Below, in pieces: positions 18,535 to 28,876 of a stretch of 64,000 nucleotides of DNA. Below the pieces are notes generated by a model. It was not told the origin of the DNA and made no database searches. It worked only from the letters and a program-made list of their open reading frames with translations. Positions within the stretch are counted from its first letter, which is position 1; every line of letters starts with the position of its first letter. The stretch lies in NCBI RefSeq assembly GCF_029250625.1, contig NZ_JAQXEX010000036.1; one strand, given 5' to 3'. The position numbers were made by a program, and so were the translations under genes. Source of the DNA: Poseidonia sp. GTDB taxonomy: Archaea > Thermoplasmatota > Poseidoniia > Poseidoniales > Poseidoniaceae.

Positions 18535-19167
18535 TCATCGCATTTCAAGCCAAGCGAAGATCAGGATAATCGGTAGGACGTAAAACAGTCTTCGGTGCAT
18601 GATATGGGTTGATTCCATGTGCTCAATCACCGAAGGTGGGAGAACCTCAATGGACGAGGAAGTTCTTCTTCTTCGGTTCAGAGGGATGTGCTGTTCAACA
18701 TAACTCAAGATTTGGTTGCGCAACTCCGGGCTGCGGCTGCGCTGTTCGCCTCGGCCAACGATGTAGCGCAAGGTGTGCTTCTGAGTCATTGGGAGTGTGG
18801 CCTGTACAATGGCGAGCGGATGAGTTGAATTGTGCAAATCGATTCGAACTGCCCTCCCATCGCCACGAACGTGGCTCAGAACCCTCCATTTTCCTTGCCC
18901 TTCGTTGAACCGCTCCAAACAATCTCGTGCTTCGTCCAATGGGTCTTCTTTGCTGTAGAGGGGGGCTCGTCTCCATCCGAGGAAGGGGCCAAGAAGGACG
19001 GCGCATATGAGCGGTGTGAGGCACATTAACTCCAAGAGGCGCACCAATGCGTCAGGGTCCGTAAGCGCCGAAACGACTGCCAGAGAAAATCCGAGGAAAA
19101 GGCCGATAAAGGCTCCAGCCTGCAACCCAGTCATAAGGCCGATTCGGGGTGGAAGTTCCTCGGCCAT
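18535..19167 (-). CDS. Hypothetical membrane protein
   Basis: Start moved to the internal MAEELPPRIGLMTGLQAGAFIGLFLGFSLAVV. It has two or three predicted TM helices and no recognised family. Confidence 0.35.
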   Translation of the reverse strand: MAEELPPRIGLMTGLQAGAFIGLFLGFSLAVVSALTDPDALVRLLELMCLTPLICAVLLGPFLGWRRAPLYSKEDPLDEARDCLERFNEGQGKWRVLSHVRGDGRAVRIDLHNSTHPLAIVQATLPMTQKHTLRYIVGRGEQRSRSPELRNQILSYVEQHIPLNRRRRTSSSIEVLPPSVIEHMESTHIMHRRLFYVLPIILIFAWLEMR

Positions 19168-19248
19168 GCTTATTGATGTGGGCCATTTGAAATGAAGGCT
19201 TGCCTCAAAGCGGTAAAAATTGAATAGATGAGGGGCCCAGGATAGACT

Positions 19249-20019
19249 ATGGAGCGCAACGGTCTCAGTGACCGGAGAAAAGAAATCAAAATAGGACGAT
19301 GGGTACTCGGCGTATCCGGTTTCCTGTTCGTCTCTTTTTTTCTCGCACCGCTTACCCTCGATCCCGGAACCGTGCATGACGTAGAAGGTCGTGCCAACGT
19401 GATTGACTTTTACTCAAAAGACGGGTCGGGTTCGTATGGGAATTTGGTCAAATACAACCATTCGCACGACGATGGTTTCCATGAGCATGAAGGCTATGCA
19501 TGGAGCGAAATGAATCCATATGCCGCCGTAATCTATGCCTTTGGAGACCTAAACTGCCATCAAAAGCATGAACGTTCACTTGAAATCAATGGTAATCAAA
19601 TGCCGGTCTGCACGAGGGATCTCGGTATCTTTTTTGGATTGTTTATCGGTGGGCTGTTGTTTACTCAGCGAGGGTGGAACCGGTGGACGGTCAAGGACAC
19701 CTGCCTTTCTCTTCTCCCCGCTGCTTGGTTGATTCCAGTTTATGAGCGAAATTGGAGGTTGTTTGCTTGGCTTGGAGTTGGGTTTCTACTCTGCACCCCG
19801 CTGTTGTTTGATGGGTTTTACCAATTGTTGACGGACTATGAGTCCACCAACTACAAGCGGGTGTTGACAGGAATTCCATTCGGTTTTGGCCTTGGAGTCC
19901 TTATGTGCGGTATGTTCGCTTCACGAGCTGATGCATTTTCCGCAGCAGGAGAGGTTGTTTTGCCGGGGAACTCAAGGTTTGCACTTGCTGCATCTGCTGC
20001 TCAAGGCGAATCTGAATGA
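19249..20019 (+). CDS. DUF2085-like integral membrane protein
   Basis: FGDLNCHQKHERSLEINGNQMPVCTRDLGIFFG matches the DUF2085 signature (CHQ...S...G...vCaRd.Giy.G), flanked by TM helices. Confidence 0.5.
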   Translation: MERNGLSDRRKEIKIGRWVLGVSGFLFVSFFLAPLTLDPGTVHDVEGRANVIDFYSKDGSGSYGNLVKYNHSHDDGFHEHEGYAWSEMNPYAAVIYAFGDLNCHQKHERSLEINGNQMPVCTRDLGIFFGLFIGGLLFTQRGWNRWTVKDTCLSLLPAAWLIPVYERNWRLFAWLGVGFLLCTPLLFDGFYQLLTDYESTNYKRVLTGIPFGFGLGVLMCGMFASRADAFSAAGEVVLPGNSRFALAASAAQGESE

Positions 20020-21371
20020 ACCGGCGGGGCATTGGACCACCAAACCAATAATTCTGAAGCATTGGTTGGGAGGGGGCAACCTTCGTGTCCGCTGGTCAAA
20101 ATAACGAGACGCTGATGGATGTCTGAAATCGACTTCTTTAATCCAGAGGCGAGTTCTTTCCCATCATCGGTATGGAATATGTCTTCAAGCGCCTTGGACC
20201 ATTCTTCTTCGGGATTTGACCTGCGCCAAGACGCTAGGGCACCTCTTAGAGGCCACATGGCAAGGGTGAGGCGGGCGAAACCGAGTCGCTCGTCTCTTAA
20301 TTTGAACAATTGGGCGTCTGAAAACGGAACATGAGATTGTTGTTTGAAAATCCAATGTTCTGCTAGAAGCCATTTTACCAGCCGCTGTGTATGCCGCTGA
20401 GTGACCATTCTGATGGGTCCTAATGACGCATGAAGTCGCGGCACTTCGCTGGAACCAACCATGAGCGAAAGGGTTCCGAGTATTGACCAGCATGAGTGTG
20501 CATAAGGTGTGGCTGGAACATCATGTTCTTGAGCGGTTTCTGTAGGCCAGTTGTCTTCTGCCTCTTGCATCCAATCGGAGGGTGATTTTCCAGACAGCCA
20601 CCCGACGTGAATTGCCGTTCGCTCTTGAGGTGCGCCAGGCAACCGCGTCTGTTTTTTCACATCATGGACCAATTGATTCAATAAATTTCGGTCCACTTCA
20701 TCCCCATCCACATTCAACGGGGACGGTTTGCGGTTGAAGAAGCGGCGCAGTTCGCTCCGGAGTGAGCGTTTGAGTTCATCCAATCCTCCCTCATTGAGGA
20801 TGGGTCCGACCACATGGCACTGATTGAAGGGTGCGGGTGCTTTTACTCCCCCTGCCAAAAGGTCATGGAACCCTTTTCGAATGGTTGTCTGAATTTCCTT
20901 CGTCTCAAAGTATTCTTGCTTATCACTGGTCATCCGTAACGTGCCGGTTTTGATACGTTTCATGGCCTTTTTAGGGTCGCAGTCAATCCACAATACCAAA
21001 TCCGGAATCATCGCAGCAGCGTTCATTTTTGCGACTTGCTCAAGACCCAACTCACCTACGACTCCCTGATAGATCAGCGAAGAGTGGATGTTCCTGTCCG
21101 AGATGACTACGCAACCCTTAGCCAGCAACGGGCGGATGTATGTGTGGGAGTGATCCAATCGGTCGGCCGCAAACAACCCTGCCTCTTCGAGAGGGGTTTT
21201 GTCACCCAATTTGACCGAAGAAAGGGCGAGTTTGCCCAGTTCGCTGTGACGGCGCGGCTCATGCGTTGAAATGACCTCTGGGAAGGGGAATTCACTGAGC
21301 AATTCAGCAAGAATTCGGGCCGCTTCACCTTTGCCGGAGCCGTCGCCCCCCTCTACTGAAATCAAGTACAT
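20001..21371 (-). CDS. tmk: Thymidylate kinase fused to an uncharacterised roughly 250-aa C-terminal domain
   Basis: N-terminal YLISVEGGDGSGKG (P-loop), the DRNIHSSLIYQG region, and a lid fitting Tmk for the first 200 aa or so. Residues 210-456 show no recognisable motifs (W- and R-rich). Confidence 0.7.
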   Translation of the reverse strand: MYLISVEGGDGSGKGEAARILAELLSEFPFPEVISTHEPRRHSELGKLALSSVKLGDKTPLEEAGLFAADRLDHSHTYIRPLLAKGCVVISDRNIHSSLIYQGVVGELGLEQVAKMNAAAMIPDLVLWIDCDPKKAMKRIKTGTLRMTSDKQEYFETKEIQTTIRKGFHDLLAGGVKAPAPFNQCHVVGPILNEGGLDELKRSLRSELRRFFNRKPSPLNVDGDEVDRNLLNQLVHDVKKQTRLPGAPQERTAIHVGWLSGKSPSDWMQEAEDNWPTETAQEHDVPATPYAHSCWSILGTLSLMVGSSEVPRLHASLGPIRMVTQRHTQRLVKWLLAEHWIFKQQSHVPFSDAQLFKLRDERLGFARLTLAMWPLRGALASWRRSNPEEEWSKALEDIFHTDDGKELASGLKKSISDIHQRLVILTSGHEGCPLPTNASELLVWWSNAPPVHSDSP

Positions 21372-21374
21372 GTT

Positions 21375-22322
21375 TCAGTCCTCTCGCTGGTCTTCAAAGT
21401 CAAATTTAGCAAAGATGTTGAGAATCATTCCAGCAAGAATAAGGGTCGGTCCAATGATAATAAAGCCTCTACCAAACAAGGCAAAGCCGGCAAAATACTG
21501 ACTTCTTCGGTAATGCCGTCCGCGACGCATTTCTACGGCCGCTTGGACGCCTACGAACGAAGCGAGAACGGTGACAATTCCGATTCCACTTGCAAGGGCG
21601 ACTGCGAAGTCAAGACTTGGCCCACCGATCGTCTCTGAATTGTCTTCATAGCGCGTGTCATTGCCCGTTTTCATCGTCACCGGCATCAATCCCGCATCGT
21701 CAGGGCTAAATGTACGTTCAACGGTTTGAAACCCATCCTTTGAAAAAACGATGATGTGGACTTTCTTAGCCACATTTTCCATACTGTAGTAGCCGTACTC
21801 ATTCGTTGATGTTGTTTGGAGTTGGGCCCTCGAGTCTTGTTCAAGAAGTTCAACGGTTACATTTTCAACGCCGGTACCCTCGACGTCAAGCAGAATCTCT
21901 CCAGAGATGTCTGCCGTTTGTTCGTCGGAGTTCCATGCTGATACAAAGGCCTCTGAAGGATTGCCCTGGAGAATCAACGCTCCACTGATGATTCCAAGGA
22001 TGCTTCCGATGAGAACAAGCGATGCAGCAAGATTTCTCCACCGGTCTGCATCCCGGTCCAACATCTCAAACCAATCATCTTGTTGAGGCTCTTCAACGAT
22101 GACAACCTCTTGATATTCATCCTGTGTGATGACGAGGGGCTCCTCTGGTTCGATAAGCGTTCCAGCGTTCTTCTTCGCTTGAACTCGCTCTCGAAGGGCT
22201 TTCATTCGGGTTTCGCGGTCATCCTCCAACTCCAAGCCCCCTTGGTGATGCCACAGTGTGCGCGGATAATACCCCTTCCCCTCGGAGTCCGCGCACAAGT
22301 CGTTCAGTACTTCAGTTTCCAT
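21375..22322 (-). CDS. Membrane protein with a carboxypeptidase-regulatory-like (CarboxypepD_reg) beta-sandwich domain
   Basis: GEILLDVEGTGVENVTVELLEQDSRAQLQTTSTNEYGYYSMENVAKKVHIIVFSKDGFQTV fits the G.V.d..G.pi..A.V.l......t.Td..G.Y.f.l..g.y.l...k.Gy pattern. Several TM helices on both flanks. Confidence 0.45.
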   Translation of the reverse strand: METEVLNDLCADSEGKGYYPRTLWHHQGGLELEDDRETRMKALRERVQAKKNAGTLIEPEEPLVITQDEYQEVVIVEEPQQDDWFEMLDRDADRWRNLAASLVLIGSILGIISGALILQGNPSEAFVSAWNSDEQTADISGEILLDVEGTGVENVTVELLEQDSRAQLQTTSTNEYGYYSMENVAKKVHIIVFSKDGFQTVERTFSPDDAGLMPVTMKTGNDTRYEDNSETIGGPSLDFAVALASGIGIVTVLASFVGVQAAVEMRRGRHYRRSQYFAGFALFGRGFIIIGPTLILAGMILNIFAKFDFEDQRED

Positions 22323-23512
22323 TCTGCGAAAACGATTAATCCCACGATCACAGACAATGAGAATCCAGCAAGGATGACAAGTCCGGTGATGACTCTGGAT
22401 TCGGGCTCTGATGGTTCAGACGGGGCATCGTCTTCATCGCCGGTAGAATTGTCTTGTGGCGATTGCCCCTGGTCTTCAACCACGATGACGAACGCCTCGG
22501 TTCTTAATCCAAGTTCGACCAACCGTCCAACAGCTCCCAATGATTCCTCACTGACTTTATCGGGCGTATCTTCCATCGTATGCCAGTATTCGCCAAAGGT
22601 TCCCGGGACCTTTTCGCCGTATTGCGGGTCCATGAAACTGAGCGTAGGGATGCCCAATTCGTGAGGGTGTTGATGGTCGTCCCCAACGTAGGCAGTGATG
22701 TTGTATTGCATGGTCCCGTCACCCTCAGTTCCAGCACACGATACAGTGCCGTTTACCATTCCAAGGGCACCGCCAAGAGTCTGCGCTCGCGACTTCAATG
22801 TGGAATTTCCGATGTAGATTTCTTGGAGTTGCAGGTCACGGTCACCGACCATGTCCAACAAGACAAACGACTCCATGTTGTCGATTTCATATTGGGACAA
22901 GTTATCTGCCCAGGCTTCTGCTCCTAAGGTATAATTGTCGTTTTGGTCTTCAGCATCGTTCCAAAACAGTGTAATGTCTTGTGTGAGGTTCATTGCAGGA
23001 ATAATTCGGGCCAATTCAATCATAATCGCAGCTCCGCTGGCTGCATCATTTGCCCCGGGTACGGGCAAAGTTTGATTTGAGGCATTCAAATCCTTGTCCG
23101 CAACGTTACGGCTATCGTAATGGGCTGAAATTACGATCCTTCCCTGTTCTCCATCTCCGGTTCCGTTGAGCGTTGCAAAGAGGTTGGTGAGGTTCATTCC
23201 GTGGCTCTCATGCTGTTGGGTGTAGACTTCCCAACCCCATGCAGTCACGTTTTCTTCGACGGCTGAGCGGAAGAGCGCAGAAGGTTCGGAGCCTGGGGTG
23301 CGTGAGCCGAGGGAAACCTGCCAGCCAACCGAAGTGTTGGCGTTTGTACCGTTGAAGATCAGGCTCTCAGATATTTCGCAGAGGGATGAATGTTCGTGCT
23401 CAACGTTCCATTGGCTCTCATTTTGTGATGAAACCGATGTACTGAGCGTCATCATTGCGATGAGCAAGCACAGCCATGCCCCCGTCGCTTTCGGCGAGGT
23501 TCTTGTCGTCAT
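22304..23512 (-). CDS. M28-family secreted/membrane-anchored peptidase
   Basis: Signal peptide. RIVISAHYDS, GANDAASGAAIMIELAR and LLDMVG are M28 zinc-ligand motifs. Many N-x-S/T sequons and a C-terminal TM anchor. It overlaps the upstream gene's start by 19 nt. Confidence 0.7.
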   Translation of the reverse strand: MTTRTSPKATGAWLCLLIAMMTLSTSVSSQNESQWNVEHEHSSLCEISESLIFNGTNANTSVGWQVSLGSRTPGSEPSALFRSAVEENVTAWGWEVYTQQHESHGMNLTNLFATLNGTGDGEQGRIVISAHYDSRNVADKDLNASNQTLPVPGANDAASGAAIMIELARIIPAMNLTQDITLFWNDAEDQNDNYTLGAEAWADNLSQYEIDNMESFVLLDMVGDRDLQLQEIYIGNSTLKSRAQTLGGALGMVNGTVSCAGTEGDGTMQYNITAYVGDDHQHPHELGIPTLSFMDPQYGEKVPGTFGEYWHTMEDTPDKVSEESLGAVGRLVELGLRTEAFVIVVEDQGQSPQDNSTGDEDDAPSEPSEPESRVITGLVILAGFSLSVIVGLIVFAEWKLKY

Positions 23513-23590
23513 ATTGACGCCTCCACCACGGACTCTTAAATACCTCCTTTCAAGTGGCTAAATTGGGAATCGGTCCTACGATTCCTAAAG

Positions 23591-26500
23591 GTGATTATTA
23601 TGTCGGAACGACGCTCCACTCCCGCCCTCGTATTCGTTGCTCTATTGCTCCTGATGAGCATGGGCCCATTTGCATTGACTGCAACTGCTGACTCAACCGA
23701 TGAACCAGCATCACCAGCCCCTACACAATCGGAAGGTGAAATTATCGGTGACCTCGATGATTTCAATCCCAGTGATGGAAGTGAGTATTTGTTTATTCAC
23801 GAAGATCAACCGGTCGTTTCAGCTACGCAATTCATGCGACAAGCTTGGGTTGATGCAGGCCGGCCAGGCGTTGACGACATGGTCGTTGACACCACAAGTG
23901 GGCGCGCTGGAGGGCGCGCATGCACACCACGAGTAGTAGGTGACACGCTTACGGTTGCTATCTCGGGCGGACAGATCGATGCCTATGTTGCCAAAACCAC
24001 AAACAGTGTCGCTTTCATTGTTCAAAGCGGAAGAACGCTCACCTCCACGGTTCTCAACAACCTCGCAAGCACATGGGACACGACAATCTATCCCACCATG
24101 ACGACCTACTACGGCAAAGATTACCAAGACGGCCGAGGACTTGCTCCTCCCGATGTTGACAACAACTGCCAGGTACAAATCATCGTCTACGACATCGACG
24201 GTGCCTACAACACGGGTGGATACTTCGCTCCATCGTTCTCCAGTTCCAGCGAATCCGTCTACGTCGACTATGCCGACATCACCCTTGCATGGGGCAAATC
24301 AATTCTCGCCCACGAGTTGGAACACTTGCTCCACAATGCGCTTGATCCCTACGAAAACTTGTGGATTGACGAAGGAAACGCTGACGTTGCAATCTACCTT
24401 TGCTTTGGGGCGGATTCAACCCTGACCGGGCACGTGAACGCTTGGACTGCAAATCCCGAGCAATCTGTGCGTTGGTGGAACCAACGAATTGCAGATTACG
24501 GCGCAGGCTACATGTTTACCATGTACCTTGCAGAACACCTCGGAGGAGGTCCGGCGGTCAGGCAACTCGTTCAGGACTCTGCAACAGGAGGTCAAAGCGT
24601 AGAGAATCTCGCCCTTTCGCCCCAGTCGGGTACGGTGGGGGCTGTAGGCACGACGATGAGCGAAATCTTCGCTAACTTCAGCATCGCAGCAACCTTGGAT
24701 TCAGACCAAGGAATCTATGGGTATCCCAACTTGGACTTGAACCCCATCTGCTCAGGTGGTCTCTTTTGCCGTGCTCAGCCAACCGAAATCAACAGCGATT
24801 GGAGTACGCCATGGTCTTCTACGGGGAACACTCTCGAAGGATGGGGCATTCGTTCATTCAAATTTACTCCCGGCGGAGCCTCACCCGCTCCGTTGACCCT
24901 TCGCCTGACTGCAGATGTATCGCAGTTTGATGGCGTCGTCGTTTCAAAGGCCACTTCTGACGGACTTTGGAGCGTTACTGACCTCAATTTCAACAACAAG
25001 GTGGCCACCGGCCTTGTTCCTGGATTCGGTAACCTCACCGACGAAGTATGGGTGATTACATGGTACGAAAGTACGATCGCAGACTGCGATTACACTTCAT
25101 GCGGGCCTTCCTATCCAACAGGGACCGTTGACGTAGAAGCGGCTCGAATCACCTCACCGGCTACGCTTTCCCTCAACACGACCACACTCGGAGACCGTGA
25201 CGGAGACGGTAGCGATGACACCGTTCAAATCGATTATGGAGTATTGTCAAACGCATTCTTTGAAGACCTGGATGTAGAGGTTACAGTGACCGACAGTTCA
25301 GGGGCGGTTGTAGACTTCCTAACCGACCGAATTGCAGCTGGCGGCGGTTCAACCGTTGACAGCAGCGTCTACTTTACTGCGCCACTCAACGACATGTACT
25401 CTTTTTCAATGGTCATGAAGGACATGCTTGGCTCCGTAGTCGATACGCTGCAGACATCACCGCAAACACTCAACAACATGCAACCTGTTGCAAACGGAAC
25501 CCTTTCGCTCACGGACGTCCAAACATGGGAGAACTTGCAATTCTTGGGCGATGGTTTCGATGCATGGGGGCTCTCCTTGGACAACAACACGTTGCCGTAT
25601 CTCGACACGCCCACTGCGTACGCATGGGACTTTGGTGATAACGTGACGTCAAATTTGAAATCTCCATTGCGCTCTTATGCGGCGGTAGGGTCGTTCAATG
25701 CCACACTGCGTGTCATGGACCGGGGCGGCAGTTGGTCAGAAACCGAAATCCATCCGGTCAATGTATCCGATTCAACGGATCCCTTCCCCGTCATTACCGT
25801 CAACAACATTGTCATCGACGAAGAGATTTCCCTTTTGACCAACCAACGAATCTTGTTCTCTGCGGGGCGTACTACCGATAACGTTCCCCTGGATTATCTC
25901 GACTTCAACTGGGATTGGGGTGACGGCACCAGTGACTCTGGTCTCGGAGTTTATTCTCAGCAACATGAATGGGGCGATATTGACGGTGAAAACATCACCT
26001 ACGACCTCGTTCTTACGGTTTTTGACGGCAACAACAACGGAACGAAAACCATCAAGGTGAACATCAACAATCGCCTGCCTGTGCAAATTTACGCAGAGAC
26101 AATGATGACCATGACCTACACGAATTTGGTGATGCCCGATGTCTTTATTGATGACGATGGTACCATTGAGGCCTACGATTGGACCTTCACCGATGGAGTG
26201 CGAATTGCCGCAGGTATCCCTCAGCGAGGTGACGATTACTCAACTGTATCCAGCAGCATCTCAAACCCAATCGTGTCATGGGATGTTCCCGGAAACAAGA
26301 CCTTGATGCTCAAGGTGACCGATGATGACGGAAGTGAAATGACGGCCATGCTCAATGTTGTTGTTTTGAACCAACTGCCAGTGGCTTCATTTGATGTCAT
26401 CTCGTCGTCAACAGATGGCTCCCAATCCATTGATTTCAGAGAGCAAGACGGAGAGGTGGACGAACCCTATACGTTCGATGGAAGGGACAGTACCGACCCT

Positions 26501-27802
26501 GACGGAACGGTTGGAGACTCAACGGACTTGGTTTACAATTGGACCTTCTCAGACGGAAACTTCGGAGAACGTCCTCAAGTGACTCACGCCTTTTCCGAAC
26601 CCGGCATCCACTCAGTGACGCTTGTTGTTACCGATGAACGTGGAGAAAGCAGTTTCCCCCGGACCATGACGGTCAGAATCATCAATCCACTCCCCATCAT
26701 TCAAGTTCGAATTTTGGACGGATGGATTGATGACCAAAAAATCACTTCATCAACCTCGTTCCCAGTAGGAACTGTCCCAGATGGATGGTCTCACACCTTC
26801 AACGAAGAGAACCATGTCGTTACCGCTCCCGGTGACTTGCTGTATTTCGACTCATCAGGGACTCGGGACGGCGATCGCCGCTTTGAGGGGCGCTATGTGC
26901 CCTTTGAGGCCGCCTCACCCGATTGGAACGGCCTGGTGCAATACACGTGGGACTTCGGAGATGCAACTCCGCTTGAACACGATGCAAGCCCATGGCACTC
27001 CTATGTCTTGCCCGGCACTTACCATGTGACGCTTACTGTGCGAGATGCCTTCGGAACCGGAGACGTGACTCGGATGACGTTCACAGTGGTTGTGAATTCA
27101 CCTCCAATGATCTATGAAATTTTCATCCCTGAGGAAATCATTGTTGGGGACTCATACAGTTTCAATGCAAATGTGTCGGATATGCAAGATGATGCAGAGA
27201 TGGAAATCTATCGCGATTTGGATGTTGAAGACGGTTCAATTTACGAGCGAGATGAGCGCATTCCAACAGAACTGACTGTTCGTTGGGACTTTGACCTTAG
27301 CGAGGATGAAAATGAAAACGGAAATGCCGGTGACGATTGGATTGAACCGACTGCAGGTTACGATGTTCGTGCCAGCCATGGATGGGAATTCGCTGGATAT
27401 TACGACCTCAAAGTCGAGGTGTGTGACGGCCTTGGGCAATGTAAATCAATGAGCCAAGAGGTTGAGGTAGTTCCAGAACCCGACGGCCCTCCATCACTTT
27501 CAGACTTCACAGCCGATGAATGGAAATCCTGGATTGCCGATGCTGGGTCTGAATTGGCCACCTTCATCGGACTCATCGCAGTTGCGTTAATTCTCGGTTG
27601 GTTGGTTATGCGGGAGCCAAGTTCTCTTGAAGAAGAGGCCAAGGATGCCGCAGAGACCTATTCAGATGTGGAGATGGTTGAATCCCAAGGTGGACTTCTC
27701 GGTATGGACCACCACTTGCCTCCACCAGCGCCGAAAATCCTTTCGAAGGACGAGCGCCGAAGCGATGACAGCGGTTACATTCGCCCACTTCGCCGCCGAT
27801 GA
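23591..27802 (+). CDS. Giant (1403 aa) cell-surface zinc metalloprotease: signal peptide, HExxH...E gluzincin domain, at least four PKD-like domains, C-terminal TM anchor
   Basis: Signal peptide MIIMSERRSTPALVFVALLLLMSMGPFALTATA. ILAHELEHLLHNALDPYENLWIDEGNAD places a Glu 20 residues after the HExxH, as in thermolysin-like clan MA. PKD signatures YAWDFGDNV..., FNWDWGDGT..., YNWTFSDGN...VTLVVTDERG and YTWDFGDAT...YHVTLTVRDAFG. TM helix ATFIGLIAVALILGWLVM followed by a basic/acidic tail. Confidence 0.7.
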   Translation: MIIMSERRSTPALVFVALLLLMSMGPFALTATADSTDEPASPAPTQSEGEIIGDLDDFNPSDGSEYLFIHEDQPVVSATQFMRQAWVDAGRPGVDDMVVDTTSGRAGGRACTPRVVGDTLTVAISGGQIDAYVAKTTNSVAFIVQSGRTLTSTVLNNLASTWDTTIYPTMTTYYGKDYQDGRGLAPPDVDNNCQVQIIVYDIDGAYNTGGYFAPSFSSSSESVYVDYADITLAWGKSILAHELEHLLHNALDPYENLWIDEGNADVAIYLCFGADSTLTGHVNAWTANPEQSVRWWNQRIADYGAGYMFTMYLAEHLGGGPAVRQLVQDSATGGQSVENLALSPQSGTVGAVGTTMSEIFANFSIAATLDSDQGIYGYPNLDLNPICSGGLFCRAQPTEINSDWSTPWSSTGNTLEGWGIRSFKFTPGGASPAPLTLRLTADVSQFDGVVVSKATSDGLWSVTDLNFNNKVATGLVPGFGNLTDEVWVITWYESTIADCDYTSCGPSYPTGTVDVEAARITSPATLSLNTTTLGDRDGDGSDDTVQIDYGVLSNAFFEDLDVEVTVTDSSGAVVDFLTDRIAAGGGSTVDSSVYFTAPLNDMYSFSMVMKDMLGSVVDTLQTSPQTLNNMQPVANGTLSLTDVQTWENLQFLGDGFDAWGLSLDNNTLPYLDTPTAYAWDFGDNVTSNLKSPLRSYAAVGSFNATLRVMDRGGSWSETEIHPVNVSDSTDPFPVITVNNIVIDEEISLLTNQRILFSAGRTTDNVPLDYLDFNWDWGDGTSDSGLGVYSQQHEWGDIDGENITYDLVLTVFDGNNNGTKTIKVNINNRLPVQIYAETMMTMTYTNLVMPDVFIDDDGTIEAYDWTFTDGVRIAAGIPQRGDDYSTVSSSISNPIVSWDVPGNKTLMLKVTDDDGSEMTAMLNVVVLNQLPVASFDVISSSTDGSQSIDFREQDGEVDEPYTFDGRDSTDPDGTVGDSTDLVYNWTFSDGNFGERPQVTHAFSEPGIHSVTLVVTDERGESSFPRTMTVRIINPLPIIQVRILDGWIDDQKITSSTSFPVGTVPDGWSHTFNEENHVVTAPGDLLYFDSSGTRDGDRRFEGRYVPFEAASPDWNGLVQYTWDFGDATPLEHDASPWHSYVLPGTYHVTLTVRDAFGTGDVTRMTFTVVVNSPPMIYEIFIPEEIIVGDSYSFNANVSDMQDDAEMEIYRDLDVEDGSIYERDERIPTELTVRWDFDLSEDENENGNAGDDWIEPTAGYDVRASHGWEFAGYYDLKVEVCDGLGQCKSMSQEVEVVPEPDGPPSLSDFTADEWKSWIADAGSELATFIGLIAVALILGWLVMREPSSLEEEAKDAAETYSDVEMVESQGGLLGMDHHLPPPAPKILSKDERRSDDSGYIRPLRRR

Positions 27803-27850
27803 GCCGACATGACCTAAAGCCCCCGAGGTACAAGAGAGAACGGTGGAGCA

Positions 27851-28873
27851 ATGCGAGTTAGCACGTTTCTTGTTTCGCTTTTACTTCTCTTGCCCTTAAT
27901 TCCCAACGGTTCACCTGTCCAATTTGAGGCCCAAGCCGCTACCGGCTGTACGGGTGATGTTCAGCCGATCGTTTGGAATGAAACGGTTGAGCGGCAAGCC
28001 CTCGTCCCCTTCTCCAATTATGGCGGTTGGGGATTTGACGAAATGGAACGAGGCATGGATATGTCTCTTGATGAGGGGGAATCCGAATTTAATTCAGAAT
28101 TCGACCCCGCCTTACACCCCGAAGAAAGCTGGATGTTCAATCCAATGTGGCCTCTACCGGTTTTGGAGCCTCTATCAACCGACCATTATACCACGCTTCT
28201 TGTTGGAAACGACAGTGCTGGCGTACTTCGTTTCAATCTTTCAAGTCAGCACCGAACGACCTTTTGCCTCACGCTTCAAACCGTTGTTGACAATACGTCT
28301 GCTCCTGCTCAAGCAGACGTGTATCTCCTGACAACATCGCAGTATGAGATGTACCGGGAATCCTACAACAACAATCATTTCTATACGTGGATGGGTGACT
28401 TTGAAGAGGTATTGAGTGATTTATCACCAGAATGGAGAAGTTTCAATCCTGCTGGTTGGAACACCTATCGTGACGTGCATCAATACGAAAACACCGCCGA
28501 GGTCACCTTTTCTTTATCACTGGACGGTCCCGAGGTGTACAATTCTCTCTTTGATTCCGACACCTACCAGGATTTCTATCTGGTGATTGACACGTGGGAC
28601 AATTCTCACGATAGGGATGCTCAACCACAGAATGAAGTCGTTGTAGCCGATGTTACCGTCATTACGGAAGAACGAACCTTCGTCCTCCCGCCTTGGACCG
28701 TGCCTTTGATTTTCTTCATGGTAATGGCTACGGTTTTAGTGATCCCGTTCATCCTTAACAGCCGTTACATGAATGCTGGAAATGATGCTGCAGGTGGTGA
28801 TGCAGCAATGGAAACCGTACCGATGCTTGAGCAGAAGACAGCTGACGGCCTGATGCCGCCACCATCTGAGTAG
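27851..28873 (+). CDS. Hypothetical secreted protein with C-terminal membrane anchor, co-transcribed with the protease
   Basis: Signal peptide MRVSTFLVSLLLLLPLIPNG, a C-terminal TM helix LIFFMVMATVLVIPFIL, a 48-bp gap after the protease on the same strand, and no recognised family. Confidence 0.45.
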   Translation: MRVSTFLVSLLLLLPLIPNGSPVQFEAQAATGCTGDVQPIVWNETVERQALVPFSNYGGWGFDEMERGMDMSLDEGESEFNSEFDPALHPEESWMFNPMWPLPVLEPLSTDHYTTLLVGNDSAGVLRFNLSSQHRTTFCLTLQTVVDNTSAPAQADVYLLTTSQYEMYRESYNNNHFYTWMGDFEEVLSDLSPEWRSFNPAGWNTYRDVHQYENTAEVTFSLSLDGPEVYNSLFDSDTYQDFYLVIDTWDNSHDRDAQPQNEVVVADVTVITEERTFVLPPWTVPLIFFMVMATVLVIPFILNSRYMNAGNDAAGGDAAMETVPMLEQKTADGLMPPPSE

Positions 28874-28876
28874 GAC

